From positions 51,895-115,894 of IMG/VR virus record IMGVR_UViG_3300042892_004016: 64,000 bases of DNA. One strand, written 5' to 3'. The notes beneath the pieces were generated by a model, which was not told where the DNA came from, did not search any database, and worked only from the letters and a program-made list of their open reading frames with translations. Below, in pieces: positions 38,870 to 49,098 of this stretch. The first letter of the stretch is position 1. Every line of letters starts with the position of its first letter. The translations under genes and the position numbers were made by a program. Origin of the DNA: a virus.

Positions 38870-40756
38870 ATGTCAGATTACAGTACACTAAAAAACGCAG
38901 CAATAATTGAAACAATATCTACCCCAACTTCAAATACAGACTTGGGTTCTGATGCAAATAGATATGGCAATATCTTCCTGCAAGGAAATTTAGCTATTGG
39001 TAACTTAGTAGCAAACGAATCCACACTAGTATCACCAAAGATTAGCGGATTAACTTATGTGGGTGATGATACTGCGGCCGACCCTACTGGAGGACAAACT
39101 ATCACTATTAACGGTAGTGGTTTTGCACTTGGGGCAGTGGTTTACGTAGCAGGATCAGTGGTAGGAGTTACGGCGGTAGTAAATGCTTCTACTATCACAT
39201 TCACAAGCCCTGTAAAAAATGCAGGTAATTATGCATTGGTCGTAGTAAACTTAGATGGTGGTACAGCTACGTTTATTCCAGGCATGCAGTATTCAGGAGT
39301 TCCCAGCTGGAGTACTAGCGCAGGTAGTTTAGCCAACGTATATGAATATTCGTCAGTAAGCTCAACTTTAGCAGCCTCTAGCGACACTGCAGTAACTTAC
39401 GCAGTGACCTCAGGTGCATTACCTACTGGTGTTACCTTAGCCGCATCAACCGGTGTAATATCAGGAACAACACCAGCAATTGCCAGTGGAGCAAACACAT
39501 ACAGCTTTACTACCAGCGCAATAGATGGAGAAAATCAAGATACTCCTAGAAATTTTAGCATTACGGTAAATGCCGATTCAGTTGCTTGGTCAAGCCCTGC
39601 AGCCAACGCAGCCCTTACTACCACCGTTGGAGACATATTTGTTCAGGCATTGAGTGCAACCAGCGCAGCAGGCAAATCAATAACATACACTGCAAATGCG
39701 CTACCTGCAGGATTAAGTATAGTTGGTGCGAACATTACCGGCACTCCTACTACTGCAGGAAGTGTAACCTCACTGCTCACTGCTACCGCTGCGTCAACGG
39801 GAAAAACAGCTACCAGAACAATTAGCACCACTGTAGCGTCCCCAGTTATGGCAGCAACTGGTGGAACAGTAACATACGATGGTAACTTCAAGATACACAC
39901 ATTTACTACGTCAGGCACATTCACAGTTTCTACTGCAGCTACCGGAGCCAACACTGCTACCGTGCTTGCAGTGGCTGGTGGTGGCAGTGGTGGATCTACT
40001 GGTTGCGGCGGAGGCGCAGGCGGATTGCTATATGGAACCTACACGTTTGCACCACAGGCCTATACAGTGACCATTGGAGCTGGCGGCTCAGGACCCACTG
40101 CATCAGTTACGCAGGGAAACAAAGGCAGCAATACTGTAATGGGAGCTGCAACTGCAATTGGTGGTGGAGCCGGAGCGAACAATACTGACGGTACCAGTGG
40201 TGGTAGTGGTGGTGGTTCAGGTTATAGCCCAGTTTCAGCCGGCGGCGCGGTACAGCAAACCGACAGTGGTGGCTTAACAGGATTTGGTAGTGCAGGCGGC
40301 CAAGGAAAAGACTATGGTTCATATTCATATGGCGGTGGTGGTGGCGGTGCAGGGGCAGCAGGTGAAGGATTCGTAACCGGTGGTGGCAACAACGCTGGTG
40401 GTAAAGGTTGGGCTGGCGGCATTGGAAAAGCATATAGCATCAGCGGCACTAGCTTATACTATGCAGGTGGTGGCGGCGCAGGCGGATACTTTGGTAGCGG
40501 TGGAAACAGTGGTAACGGTGGTGATGGCGGTGCAGGCGGTGGCGGTGGTGCAGGTGGCGGCGTAGCTGCCTCATACGATCCCGGCACCAGTGACACCGGT
40601 CGCGGAGCTACAGCTCCGGAAACGCGCACCCAGGGCAGAGGTGGTAGTGGCGGCCCCAACACCGGTGGCGGTGGCGGTGGCGCAGTCTACGGATATGGAT
40701 ATGGTTACGGCGATGGTGGATCAGGCGTGGTCATCATCAGATATCAGTATCAATAA
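38870..40756 (+). CDS. Tip protein: IPT + 2 Ig-like + glycine-rich domain
   Basis: 628 aa. First 26 aa identical to ORF 37325, middle close to ORF 40781. Confidence 0.75.
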   Translation: MSDYSTLKNAAIIETISTPTSNTDLGSDANRYGNIFLQGNLAIGNLVANESTLVSPKISGLTYVGDDTAADPTGGQTITINGSGFALGAVVYVAGSVVGVTAVVNASTITFTSPVKNAGNYALVVVNLDGGTATFIPGMQYSGVPSWSTSAGSLANVYEYSSVSSTLAASSDTAVTYAVTSGALPTGVTLAASTGVISGTTPAIASGANTYSFTTSAIDGENQDTPRNFSITVNADSVAWSSPAANAALTTTVGDIFVQALSATSAAGKSITYTANALPAGLSIVGANITGTPTTAGSVTSLLTATAASTGKTATRTISTTVASPVMAATGGTVTYDGNFKIHTFTTSGTFTVSTAATGANTATVLAVAGGGSGGSTGCGGGAGGLLYGTYTFAPQAYTVTIGAGGSGPTASVTQGNKGSNTVMGAATAIGGGAGANNTDGTSGGSGGGSGYSPVSAGGAVQQTDSGGLTGFGSAGGQGKDYGSYSYGGGGGGAGAAGEGFVTGGGNNAGGKGWAGGIGKAYSISGTSLYYAGGGGAGGYFGSGGNSGNGGDGGAGGGGGAGGGVAASYDPGTSDTGRGATAPETRTQGRGGSGGPNTGGGGGGAVYGYGYGYGDGGSGVVIIRYQYQ

Positions 40757-40780
40757 ACAACATAATAAAGAGAAAAATAA

Positions 40781-43753
40781 ATGTCAGATTACAATAGCTT
40801 AAAAAACTCAGCACTAACCAACCCAACTGGTAACCTAGATTTGGGATCTGCCACTAACCGATATGGTAACATTTTCCTTCAGGGAAATCTAGCCATTGGT
40901 AATTTAGTGGCAACTGAAACCAGTTTAGTATCACCAAAAATCAGCAGTTTGACTTATGCTGGTAATGACACTGCAGCCGACCCCACTGGCTCACAGACTA
41001 TCACCGTCAACGGCAGTGGATTTTCCAGTGGTGCAGCAGTGTATGTAGCAGGTTCAGTGGCATCAGCAGTCACAGTGGTCAGCTCTACTCAGGTCACGTT
41101 CTCCAGTCCTGCAAAAAGTGCAGGCAATTACACGCTGATACTGGTCAATTCAGATGGCGGCACTGCCACATTCATTCCAGGTATGCAGTACTCAGGCGTA
41201 CCCAGCTGGAGTACCAGCAGTGGTAGTTTAGCCAGCGTATACGAGTATGATGCAGTCTCCAGCACATTGGCAGCAACCAGTGATAGCCCAGTAACATACT
41301 CAGTAACATCAGGCGCGCTACCCACAGGTGTTACATTAACTTCAGCTACTGGTGTAGTAGCTGGCACAGCACCCAGCCAAGCATCTGGCTCAACCACTTA
41401 TAATTTTACTACCAGCGCAATAGATGGTGAGAATCAAGACACACCCAGAAACTTCAGCGTCACTGTTAACGCAGACGCAGTTACTTGGTCAAGCCCTGCA
41501 GATAGTACAACATACTCATTAGAGCAAGGCATTGCGATGGCTAATGTGGAATTGAGCGCATCCAGCGCAGCAGGTAAAGCAATCACATACACAGCCGATA
41601 GCTTGCCCACTGGATTGAATATAAGTGGCAGCAATATCGTAGGTACTCCTACTGTGGCGGCCAACACCAGCAGTACACTAACTGCTACTGCCAGCACAAC
41701 AAACAAAACAGCAACTAAAGTGGTAAACTGGACAGTATCGGTAGCCACTGATGCATATTTCAAGTCTGTTTCTTTACTATTAACTGGTGATGGGGTAGCT
41801 AACAATGCAACCAATAGTACATTCACCGACAGCAGCACCACTGCTCTCGCTATGACCAAATATGGTAACACTGCTCAGGGCGCTTTTAGTCCGTTTAGTC
41901 CAACCGGTTGGAGTGCTTATTTTGACGGCAGTGGCGATTATTTAACAACCACTGGATTTGGATTATCCACAGACTTTACCGTTGAGTTTTGGAGTTATCT
42001 TACCGCGCAACCAACTGGTGGGTATTTTATGTCTGCAAGTAGCTCTGGTCCCATTATAGGAGTGGAAGCTACTAAAACAATTTTGGGGTGGAACGGTGGC
42101 TGGATACTTAATCCTCCAAATGATTCTGCTATTTACCCAAACGGAGTGTCTCCATTAAATCAATGGAATCACTGGGCAGTTGTAAGAAGTTCCGGCACTA
42201 TTCGGTTTTACTTAAATGGGGTAATGCTTGGCTCGTCTAGTAGCGGCAGCGTCGCAAATGATGCCTCTATGTCGCAAACATGGGGAATTGGAGCATCAAA
42301 TGACGGGCAGTCAGTAAACGTACCGCATTATATGAGCAACTTTAGAATGTCAAATGTTGCCAGATACAGTGGATCAAGTGTTATCGGCGCCAATTTTACA
42401 TTACCCACTGCAGACTTTGTTAATGATATAAACACTATATTATTAACATTACAAAGCAATAGATTTAAGGACAACAGCACTACTCCTAAAGCAATTACCG
42501 CAGCGGGAGATGCAAAAGCGCAAGCATTTAGTCCATATGCTCCTACTGCTTCATACAGCGCCGCAACACATGGTGGCAGTATGTATTTTGATGGCAATGA
42601 TAACCTAGATGGCGCAGCAAACAATTCTAACATGAGAATGGGTACCGGAGACTATACAGTTGAGGGCTGGTTCTACCAATCAACGCTGTATTCTACGTAT
42701 GGAACAGTTTTTGAAATAGGCGCCGGTACCTCAGGCACCGGCGGCATACAATTCTCTATAGGTAATCAATCTCAGGGTGGAGTAAGAATTTACGCATATA
42801 ACGGTACCAATGGTTATGTGGGTGGCTTTATAACAAATCCTCCTCTAAATACATGGAATCACATTGCCTGGGTCCGTAGTAGCGGAGTTATGAAGATTTA
42901 CTTAAATGGTGTGGGCAATGCAGGTGGCGCACATACCGGTGACCTAACTGACTCATCAACGGTAACAGTAGGCGGCGAGTTCTCACGTAACGCATCGTTT
43001 ACGTATAATGGTTATATCTCGGATCTGCGTGTAGTTAAAGGCACTGCGGTCTACACCGGCAATTTCACTCCACCAACGGCTACATTAACAGCAATTTCAG
43101 GAACCTCACTGTTACTTAAAGGAACAAGTGCAGGTATAATTGATGCTTCTGGTAAGAATGATTCAGAGACAGTAGCTGATACAAAAATCAGCACCAGCGT
43201 GAAAAAATACGGTACCGGATCAATTTACTTTGATGGTACCGGAGATTACTTGCTATTTCCCGCTACCACAAACACCCAGTTAACTGGTAATTTTACAATT
43301 GAATTTTGGATGAATCCATCGGCAGCTGCGGTTGGCGGTGGCGACAAGGCAATAGTGGGATTAGGTAGCTCTGATCCACAAACCACTGTGATTAGATTAG
43401 TTGGTGCGCAGCTTCAATTTTGGGTGAATGGATCAACTTCTGGTATTGGTAGTGGATCCACTACTAACATAGCAGCCAATACATGGTACCATGTGGCTTT
43501 AGTTAGATACGGTACTGCGTCCAATAATGTAAAACTGTATCTCAACGGAGTTGCTGAGGGATCATTATCTGGAGCAAGAAATGATATAATTCCTCCATCT
43601 GGACAAAGTTCTGCAATGGCTATCGGTCGTCATGGAGCAACACAAAATGAAGGGTATTACAGTGGATACATTGACGAGTTTAGAGTGTCTAAAGGCGTCG
43701 CCAGATATACAACCAACTTTACTCCGCCAACCGCTAAATTTAATCTAAGATAA
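40781..43753 (+). CDS. Tip protein: IPT + Ig-like + three LamG/ConA-like domains
   Basis: 990 aa. MSDYNSLKN start; repeated YFDGxGDYL, FTVEFW, WNHxAxVR and YLNG motifs. Confidence 0.78.
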   Translation: MSDYNSLKNSALTNPTGNLDLGSATNRYGNIFLQGNLAIGNLVATETSLVSPKISSLTYAGNDTAADPTGSQTITVNGSGFSSGAAVYVAGSVASAVTVVSSTQVTFSSPAKSAGNYTLILVNSDGGTATFIPGMQYSGVPSWSTSSGSLASVYEYDAVSSTLAATSDSPVTYSVTSGALPTGVTLTSATGVVAGTAPSQASGSTTYNFTTSAIDGENQDTPRNFSVTVNADAVTWSSPADSTTYSLEQGIAMANVELSASSAAGKAITYTADSLPTGLNISGSNIVGTPTVAANTSSTLTATASTTNKTATKVVNWTVSVATDAYFKSVSLLLTGDGVANNATNSTFTDSSTTALAMTKYGNTAQGAFSPFSPTGWSAYFDGSGDYLTTTGFGLSTDFTVEFWSYLTAQPTGGYFMSASSSGPIIGVEATKTILGWNGGWILNPPNDSAIYPNGVSPLNQWNHWAVVRSSGTIRFYLNGVMLGSSSSGSVANDASMSQTWGIGASNDGQSVNVPHYMSNFRMSNVARYSGSSVIGANFTLPTADFVNDINTILLTLQSNRFKDNSTTPKAITAAGDAKAQAFSPYAPTASYSAATHGGSMYFDGNDNLDGAANNSNMRMGTGDYTVEGWFYQSTLYSTYGTVFEIGAGTSGTGGIQFSIGNQSQGGVRIYAYNGTNGYVGGFITNPPLNTWNHIAWVRSSGVMKIYLNGVGNAGGAHTGDLTDSSTVTVGGEFSRNASFTYNGYISDLRVVKGTAVYTGNFTPPTATLTAISGTSLLLKGTSAGIIDASGKNDSETVADTKISTSVKKYGTGSIYFDGTGDYLLFPATTNTQLTGNFTIEFWMNPSAAAVGGGDKAIVGLGSSDPQTTVIRLVGAQLQFWVNGSTSGIGSGSTTNIAANTWYHVALVRYGTASNNVKLYLNGVAEGSLSGARNDIIPPSGQSSAMAIGRHGATQNEGYYSGYIDEFRVSKGVARYTTNFTPPTAKFNLR

Positions 43754-43772
43754 TGTAAATCGGGCTAATAAA

Positions 43773-43799
43773 ACAAAGATCAACACAGTTGATCTTTGT
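43773..43799. terminator. Intergenic hairpin (terminator or processing site)
   Basis: ACAAAGATCAA-cacag-TTGATCTTTGT, an 11-bp perfect stem. A U-tract is present only on the minus strand. Confidence 0.55.
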
Positions 43800-43850
43800 C
43801 ATTAACGGGGACTAGTATAATAGTAATTAAAAAAAAACAATAAATACAAT

Positions 43851-46800
43851 ATGGCATTAATAACTAAAGTACCCGGACTAATCGTCGATGAAACAAGCAA
43901 TTTTACATTCGCCAACGCCAATGTAACTGGAAACCTGACCTCAGGCAACGCCAATTTGGGCAATCTAGCGACAGCTAACTATGTCGCCGGAACCCTCACA
44001 ACAGCGTTACAGCCCAATATCACTCAAGTTGGCTCACTGGCCAATCTGACAGTTACTGGCAATATAACTGTGGGTGCTGTCAAAACCAACAGTTTACTGT
44101 ACGCAAACGGCGAGGCTTACGCAATTGGCGGCGGAATTACCATTGCAGGCACTAATAGTCAAGTACAATTTAACAACGCTAGCAGCTTTGGAGCAAGTGC
44201 AAATTTCACGTTCAACACCAGCACAAACACACTGAGTGTAGACAAGATTGCAGCAGACGGTGGATTATTATCAAATATCGCAGCAGCAAATGTATCAGGT
44301 ACCGTAGCCAACGCAACCTATGCAACTAGTGCAGGCACAGCAACAAGTGCCACCACTGCTACTACTGCAGGCACTGTAACAACAAACGCCCAGCCAAATA
44401 TCACCAGCGTGGGCACACTCAGTGGCTTGACAGTCAACGGCAATATCACATCAGTCAACGCCGATTTGGGCAATGCAGTTACCGCCAATTTCTTTATAGG
44501 CAGCGGCGCGAATCTAAGTAACCTACAGGCCAGCAACATAACTGGCACAGTAGCCAACGCCACATATGCAACTAGTGCAGGTACCGCAACATCAGCGGGT
44601 ACGGCTACTACGGCCACCTCAGCTACAACAGCAGGTACAGTAACAACTGCAGCACAGCCCAATATCACCAGCGTTGGTACATTAAGCTCATTGACGGTAA
44701 CTGGCAATGTAACTGCTGACTATTTTATTGGCTCAGGTAACAATCTAAGTAACATACAGGCCAGCAACATAACTGGTACAGTGGCAAATGCAACATATGC
44801 CACTAGTGCAGGTACCGCAACAAGTGCAGGCACTGCTACTACAGCAGCCACAGTAACAACCAATGCACAACCAAATATTACCAGTGTTGGCACGCTAAGC
44901 GGGCTAACCGTTAATGGCAATATCACTGCTACTAATGCTGATTTGGGCAATGCAGCCACTGCCAATTATTTCCTTGGTAGCGGTGCAAACTTAAGTAACA
45001 TACAAGCTGCAAATGTAACCGGCACAGTAGCCAATGCCACTTTCGCAACTACAGCAGGCACTGCAACAAGTGCTACAAGTGCTACTACAGCTGGCACTGT
45101 AACAACAAACGCACAACCTAACATCACCAGTACTGGTACACTGAGTGGCCTAACGGTCAATGGTAATATCACCAGTAACAATGTTATAGTTAACGCAAGC
45201 ACAGCAAGCACAAGTAAAACTACAGGTGCATTAACAGTTGCCGGCGGCGTTGGTATTAATAATGATTTAACCGTTGGCAATTCAATCACTGTTGACGGCG
45301 GCGCCTACGGTAATGTGGTTGTAACTCAATTTGGCAGTGTGTTTGCACACGGTAGTGGGCCAAATCCTCGTGCTATTTACCAGGCCAGAGCAGCCGACGG
45401 TATTGCAGGTTTGGGTATGCAGGCCTACTCAGGACTCAACGGGCAAATTTATTCTAACACAGGTTTTACTTTTACAACTGATGCAACTGTCAGAGATAAA
45501 GATTTTCCAACTGGAGGTACAACCAGAGCAACGATTGACTCAACTGGACTAACAGTAACCGGTATAGCAAATATAAGCGGTAATATTAGCGCATTAAATG
45601 CCAATTTAGGCAACGCAGTCACTGCCAATTTCTTTATCGGTGATGGAAGTTTGCTTACTGGCATGCCAGCAGCGTCTACTGCCGCAACAGTAACAGCCAG
45701 CGCACAGCCCAACATCACTAGCACAGGCACACTAGCTAACCTATCAGTGTCGGGCAATGCTGCATTCACTGGCGCGAACGTAAGTTTAGGCAGTATAAGC
45801 AATCTACACATCACCGGCGGCACTGCCAACTATGTATTAAAAACTGACGGAGTTGGTAATTTAAGTTGGACTGCAATGCCGCCATCTACGTCTATCGTAG
45901 TAGACACCTTTACTGCTAATGGATCAGCCTCAACGTTTTTATTAAGTACTGCCCCAGCCGACATCAACCATACGTTTGTTACTATTAACGGGGTAAACGC
46001 AACTAAAGATAGTTACAGTTTAGCCAATGCAAACGTGGTATTAAACGAAGCACCAAATAACGGAGATTACGTTGAAGTAACTACGTTTTCTACATTAACA
46101 GTTGACGGCTATGGAAACAATGCCGTCAAAAACTATCTTAATACCTTTGATGGAAACATCATCCCTTCAGCTAATATTACATATGACCTGGGATCAAACA
46201 CGAACCGTTGGAAAGATTTGTATTTGAGTAGTAGTACTATCTACTTGGGCAATACTGCGGTCAGCGCAGAAGATATCCTGCCCATTGATTTAACGATTGC
46301 ACCAGAAGTATTAGCTATACAAATAGCAGCGCCTGCAGCCGGCGATGATACAACGTGGCTATGGACTTGGGAAACCAGTACTTTACCATTTGCCAGAACT
46401 GCAATTGTAAACAGCCCGCAAACAAATGTTCCCTTGTACAAGCAAGGAACCTATCAAATCAATAACTTCGCCAATGAGCAAACTGGTGTTATGACTCAAC
46501 GCCATGTGGCATACCTCAAGTGGATAGATGGATCAGGATACGACAACTTAGTAAGCTGGGCAGTCAACGCCGGCAACGTGTCAATGTCAAATCCAAATAT
46601 TAATGGCAACGCAGCAACTACAGTACAACGAATCAATGTGAGTGTGCCCAGTACAGTTACTCCACCCACATTAGTAGCACCAAACGTGTCGTATGGTGTT
46701 AGTTTTGCAAATGTTGGCGCGTATACAATAAGTGATTCAGCCGATGGTGACAATAAGAACATAGGACCATTATACAAAGGCGGCACTTATACTTTTAATT

Positions 46801-47486
46801 TAGCCGCTAGCTTAGCTAGTCACCCGTTTTACCTAACAACTGATAACGGCACAAATTTTGTAGCCAATACTTATTTTGGTGAATATACTACTGGCGTTAC
46901 TGGTAGTAGGGGCAATGGACAAGCTGGATACACAACACTAACCTTTGTAGTGCCAGTGGGTGCACCAAGTACACTGTATTATCAATGCGGTGTACACGCA
47001 AGCATGCGTGGCGCGATTACTATTAAAGATTTAGCAGTAGAAACTAACGTCAATGGTAATTACGTATTGTATCTACAACATAGCCACGAGGGACACAAGA
47101 CCCCAGTTGAGATTAGACCACTACCAAGTTTAGTAAATCAGATGTGTATTGTGTACGATCAGAGTACTGGTAAATTCGTACCACAAGACTTGGCTACGTA
47201 TGTAGAAAACACACCAAGCTTTAAAAACAAGATTCAAGAAGTAGCAGGAACTGCTACTCTAGTTGCTGCAGATGGTGTAGTAGTAGTTCCTACTGTTAGC
47301 ATAGTAGAAGATGCTAGTTATCTTCCACTAGTTGGTAACAAAAATGGTGACATTACTTATACACAAGACACCGAAACACTTTACATTTGGGATAATAATG
47401 CTTGGGTAAGCACAAAAGCAGCAGCAGTCGCAACTGGACCAAGCACAGGAAAAACATTTACAATGGGATTAATTTTCGGGGGATAA
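43851..47486 (+). CDS. Long fibre (stalk) protein with a cupredoxin-like domain
   Basis: 1211 aa with AQPNITS repeats, SHPFYL...LYYQCGVHASM and C-terminal TMGLIFGG. Confidence 0.72.
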   Translation: MALITKVPGLIVDETSNFTFANANVTGNLTSGNANLGNLATANYVAGTLTTALQPNITQVGSLANLTVTGNITVGAVKTNSLLYANGEAYAIGGGITIAGTNSQVQFNNASSFGASANFTFNTSTNTLSVDKIAADGGLLSNIAAANVSGTVANATYATSAGTATSATTATTAGTVTTNAQPNITSVGTLSGLTVNGNITSVNADLGNAVTANFFIGSGANLSNLQASNITGTVANATYATSAGTATSAGTATTATSATTAGTVTTAAQPNITSVGTLSSLTVTGNVTADYFIGSGNNLSNIQASNITGTVANATYATSAGTATSAGTATTAATVTTNAQPNITSVGTLSGLTVNGNITATNADLGNAATANYFLGSGANLSNIQAANVTGTVANATFATTAGTATSATSATTAGTVTTNAQPNITSTGTLSGLTVNGNITSNNVIVNASTASTSKTTGALTVAGGVGINNDLTVGNSITVDGGAYGNVVVTQFGSVFAHGSGPNPRAIYQARAADGIAGLGMQAYSGLNGQIYSNTGFTFTTDATVRDKDFPTGGTTRATIDSTGLTVTGIANISGNISALNANLGNAVTANFFIGDGSLLTGMPAASTAATVTASAQPNITSTGTLANLSVSGNAAFTGANVSLGSISNLHITGGTANYVLKTDGVGNLSWTAMPPSTSIVVDTFTANGSASTFLLSTAPADINHTFVTINGVNATKDSYSLANANVVLNEAPNNGDYVEVTTFSTLTVDGYGNNAVKNYLNTFDGNIIPSANITYDLGSNTNRWKDLYLSSSTIYLGNTAVSAEDILPIDLTIAPEVLAIQIAAPAAGDDTTWLWTWETSTLPFARTAIVNSPQTNVPLYKQGTYQINNFANEQTGVMTQRHVAYLKWIDGSGYDNLVSWAVNAGNVSMSNPNINGNAATTVQRINVSVPSTVTPPTLVAPNVSYGVSFANVGAYTISDSADGDNKNIGPLYKGGTYTFNLAASLASHPFYLTTDNGTNFVANTYFGEYTTGVTGSRGNGQAGYTTLTFVVPVGAPSTLYYQCGVHASMRGAITIKDLAVETNVNGNYVLYLQHSHEGHKTPVEIRPLPSLVNQMCIVYDQSTGKFVPQDLATYVENTPSFKNKIQEVAGTATLVAADGVVVVPTVSIVEDASYLPLVGNKNGDITYTQDTETLYIWDNNAWVSTKAAAVATGPSTGKTFTMGLIFGG

Positions 47487-47487
47487 T

Positions 47488-47844
47488 ATGACAGCACCAA
47501 ACACACTAAACGTTTCAAATGTTACATTGAAGACAGCGTTCGCTACTCTTACAACGGCAACTGCCAATGTAATAACTAACTCAGCTAGTAGCAATACGGC
47601 AGTAAAATTAAATAACTTAGTTTTAACTAATTACAGCGCAAGCCCGGTTACAGCCAATGTAGTGGTTAACCGGAGCGCAACTACATATTATCTTGCCGGA
47701 TCACTTGCTATCCCCGCAAACTCAACATTGGTTTTATTAGGCAAAGATACTGCACTGTACTTAGAAGAAGGTGATGTAGTGCAAGCAAATTCTTCTGCTA
47801 ACACTGCTGTTAGTTTTGCAGGTTCATATGAAATCATAGCGTAA
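47488..47844 (+). CDS. 118-aa adaptor-like beta protein (MxAPN type)
   Basis: Paralog of ORF 62328; shares STLVLLGKDTALYLEE. Confidence 0.72.
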   Translation: MTAPNTLNVSNVTLKTAFATLTTATANVITNSASSNTAVKLNNLVLTNYSASPVTANVVVNRSATTYYLAGSLAIPANSTLVLLGKDTALYLEEGDVVQANSSANTAVSFAGSYEIIA

Positions 47845-47845
47845 A

Positions 47846-49084
47846 ATGGCAAGAAACAGACTGAATTATGGTATAATAGGTCCTGTTCAAACAGTGACCA
47901 CTGGCACCACTGGCATCGCCGCCTCCGCTATGGATGCAACACTGTTAAAAACTACAAACAACTGGTTAGCTTCACCAAATGCACCCACTATTACTCAACT
48001 GCTGCCTACTCCTACTCAAGTAACCGTATCGTTTTCTGCCCCTGCCATCACTGGTGGACTTGCAATTACACAGTATACAGCTACGGTAAACCCTGGCAAT
48101 TTTTCAGCAACCGGATCTTCTTCTCCAATTATAGTTACAGGATTGACTATTGATACCGCGTATACGGTAACAGTACAGGCTTCTAATAATTTGGGACTAG
48201 GCCCAACTACGGCGGCATCTAGTTTCGTCACTCCTGCAGAAGTTAATATAGATTATTTACTTGTCGCAGGTGGAGGCGCGGGCGGCACTGGATACTATGG
48301 TGGTGGTGGTGGAGCAGGAGGCATGGTAACCGGAAGTACAACTATTTATGGATTAACTACGTATACAATCACCGTTGGCGCAGCCGGCGGCGGCTCTGGA
48401 TCTGGTACCGCCAGAGGTGGTAACGGATCAGACTCTACATTGGTGGGTTCTGCGTTTACAACAATAACTGCAATTGGCGGTGGCGGCGGCGGTAGCCGTA
48501 ACGGCGATGCAGCAGGTTTGGGTGCCTCTAGTGGAGCAGATGGTGGTTCAGGAGGCGGCGTGGGATTCAGCTATCCCGGCACTACTGTTATAGGATCATC
48601 AAAAGGCGGAGATGCACTGCAACCCTCATCGGCCAGTGGTGGATATGGTAACAAAGGCGGTGGTCAGCGCGACCCTGCATTGGGTTATAGACTAGATGGT
48701 CAGGGCGGCGGCGGCGCTGGTGGCGCAGGAACCGAAACTCAAGCCAACGACGTTGGTGGAGTAGGAATGCAAAGTTCAATCACAGGAACGGCCACATACT
48801 ATGCAGGTGGCGGTGGCGGAACTTATCCAACATCCTTGTCAGCCGGCGGACAAGGCGGTGGCGGACAAGGCAACGGCGGCACAGGCGGCACAAACTTGGG
48901 CGGTGGCGGCGGCGGCGGTGCTGGTAATGGAGCTAACGGGGGTTCCGGTGGCTCTGGAGTGGTTATTATTCGGTACACTGACTCAAAGCCAGCTGCTACG
49001 TCAACTACAGGTTCGCCCACAATTACCGTTACCGGTGGATATAGAATATATAAATTTACCGGCAGTGGAACAATTACGATTTAA
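47846..49084 (+). CDS. Tip protein: fibronectin type III + glycine-rich domain
   Basis: 412 aa. FN3 pattern PNAPT..VSFSAP..ITQY..VTGL..YTVTVQASN, then DYLLVAGGG polyglycine domain. Confidence 0.75.
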   Translation: MARNRLNYGIIGPVQTVTTGTTGIAASAMDATLLKTTNNWLASPNAPTITQLLPTPTQVTVSFSAPAITGGLAITQYTATVNPGNFSATGSSSPIIVTGLTIDTAYTVTVQASNNLGLGPTTAASSFVTPAEVNIDYLLVAGGGAGGTGYYGGGGGAGGMVTGSTTIYGLTTYTITVGAAGGGSGSGTARGGNGSDSTLVGSAFTTITAIGGGGGGSRNGDAAGLGASSGADGGSGGGVGFSYPGTTVIGSSKGGDALQPSSASGGYGNKGGGQRDPALGYRLDGQGGGGAGGAGTETQANDVGGVGMQSSITGTATYYAGGGGGTYPTSLSAGGQGGGGQGNGGTGGTNLGGGGGGGAGNGANGGSGGSGVVIIRYTDSKPAATSTTGSPTITVTGGYRIYKFTGSGTITI

Positions 49085-49098
49085 GTGGATACTACAAC

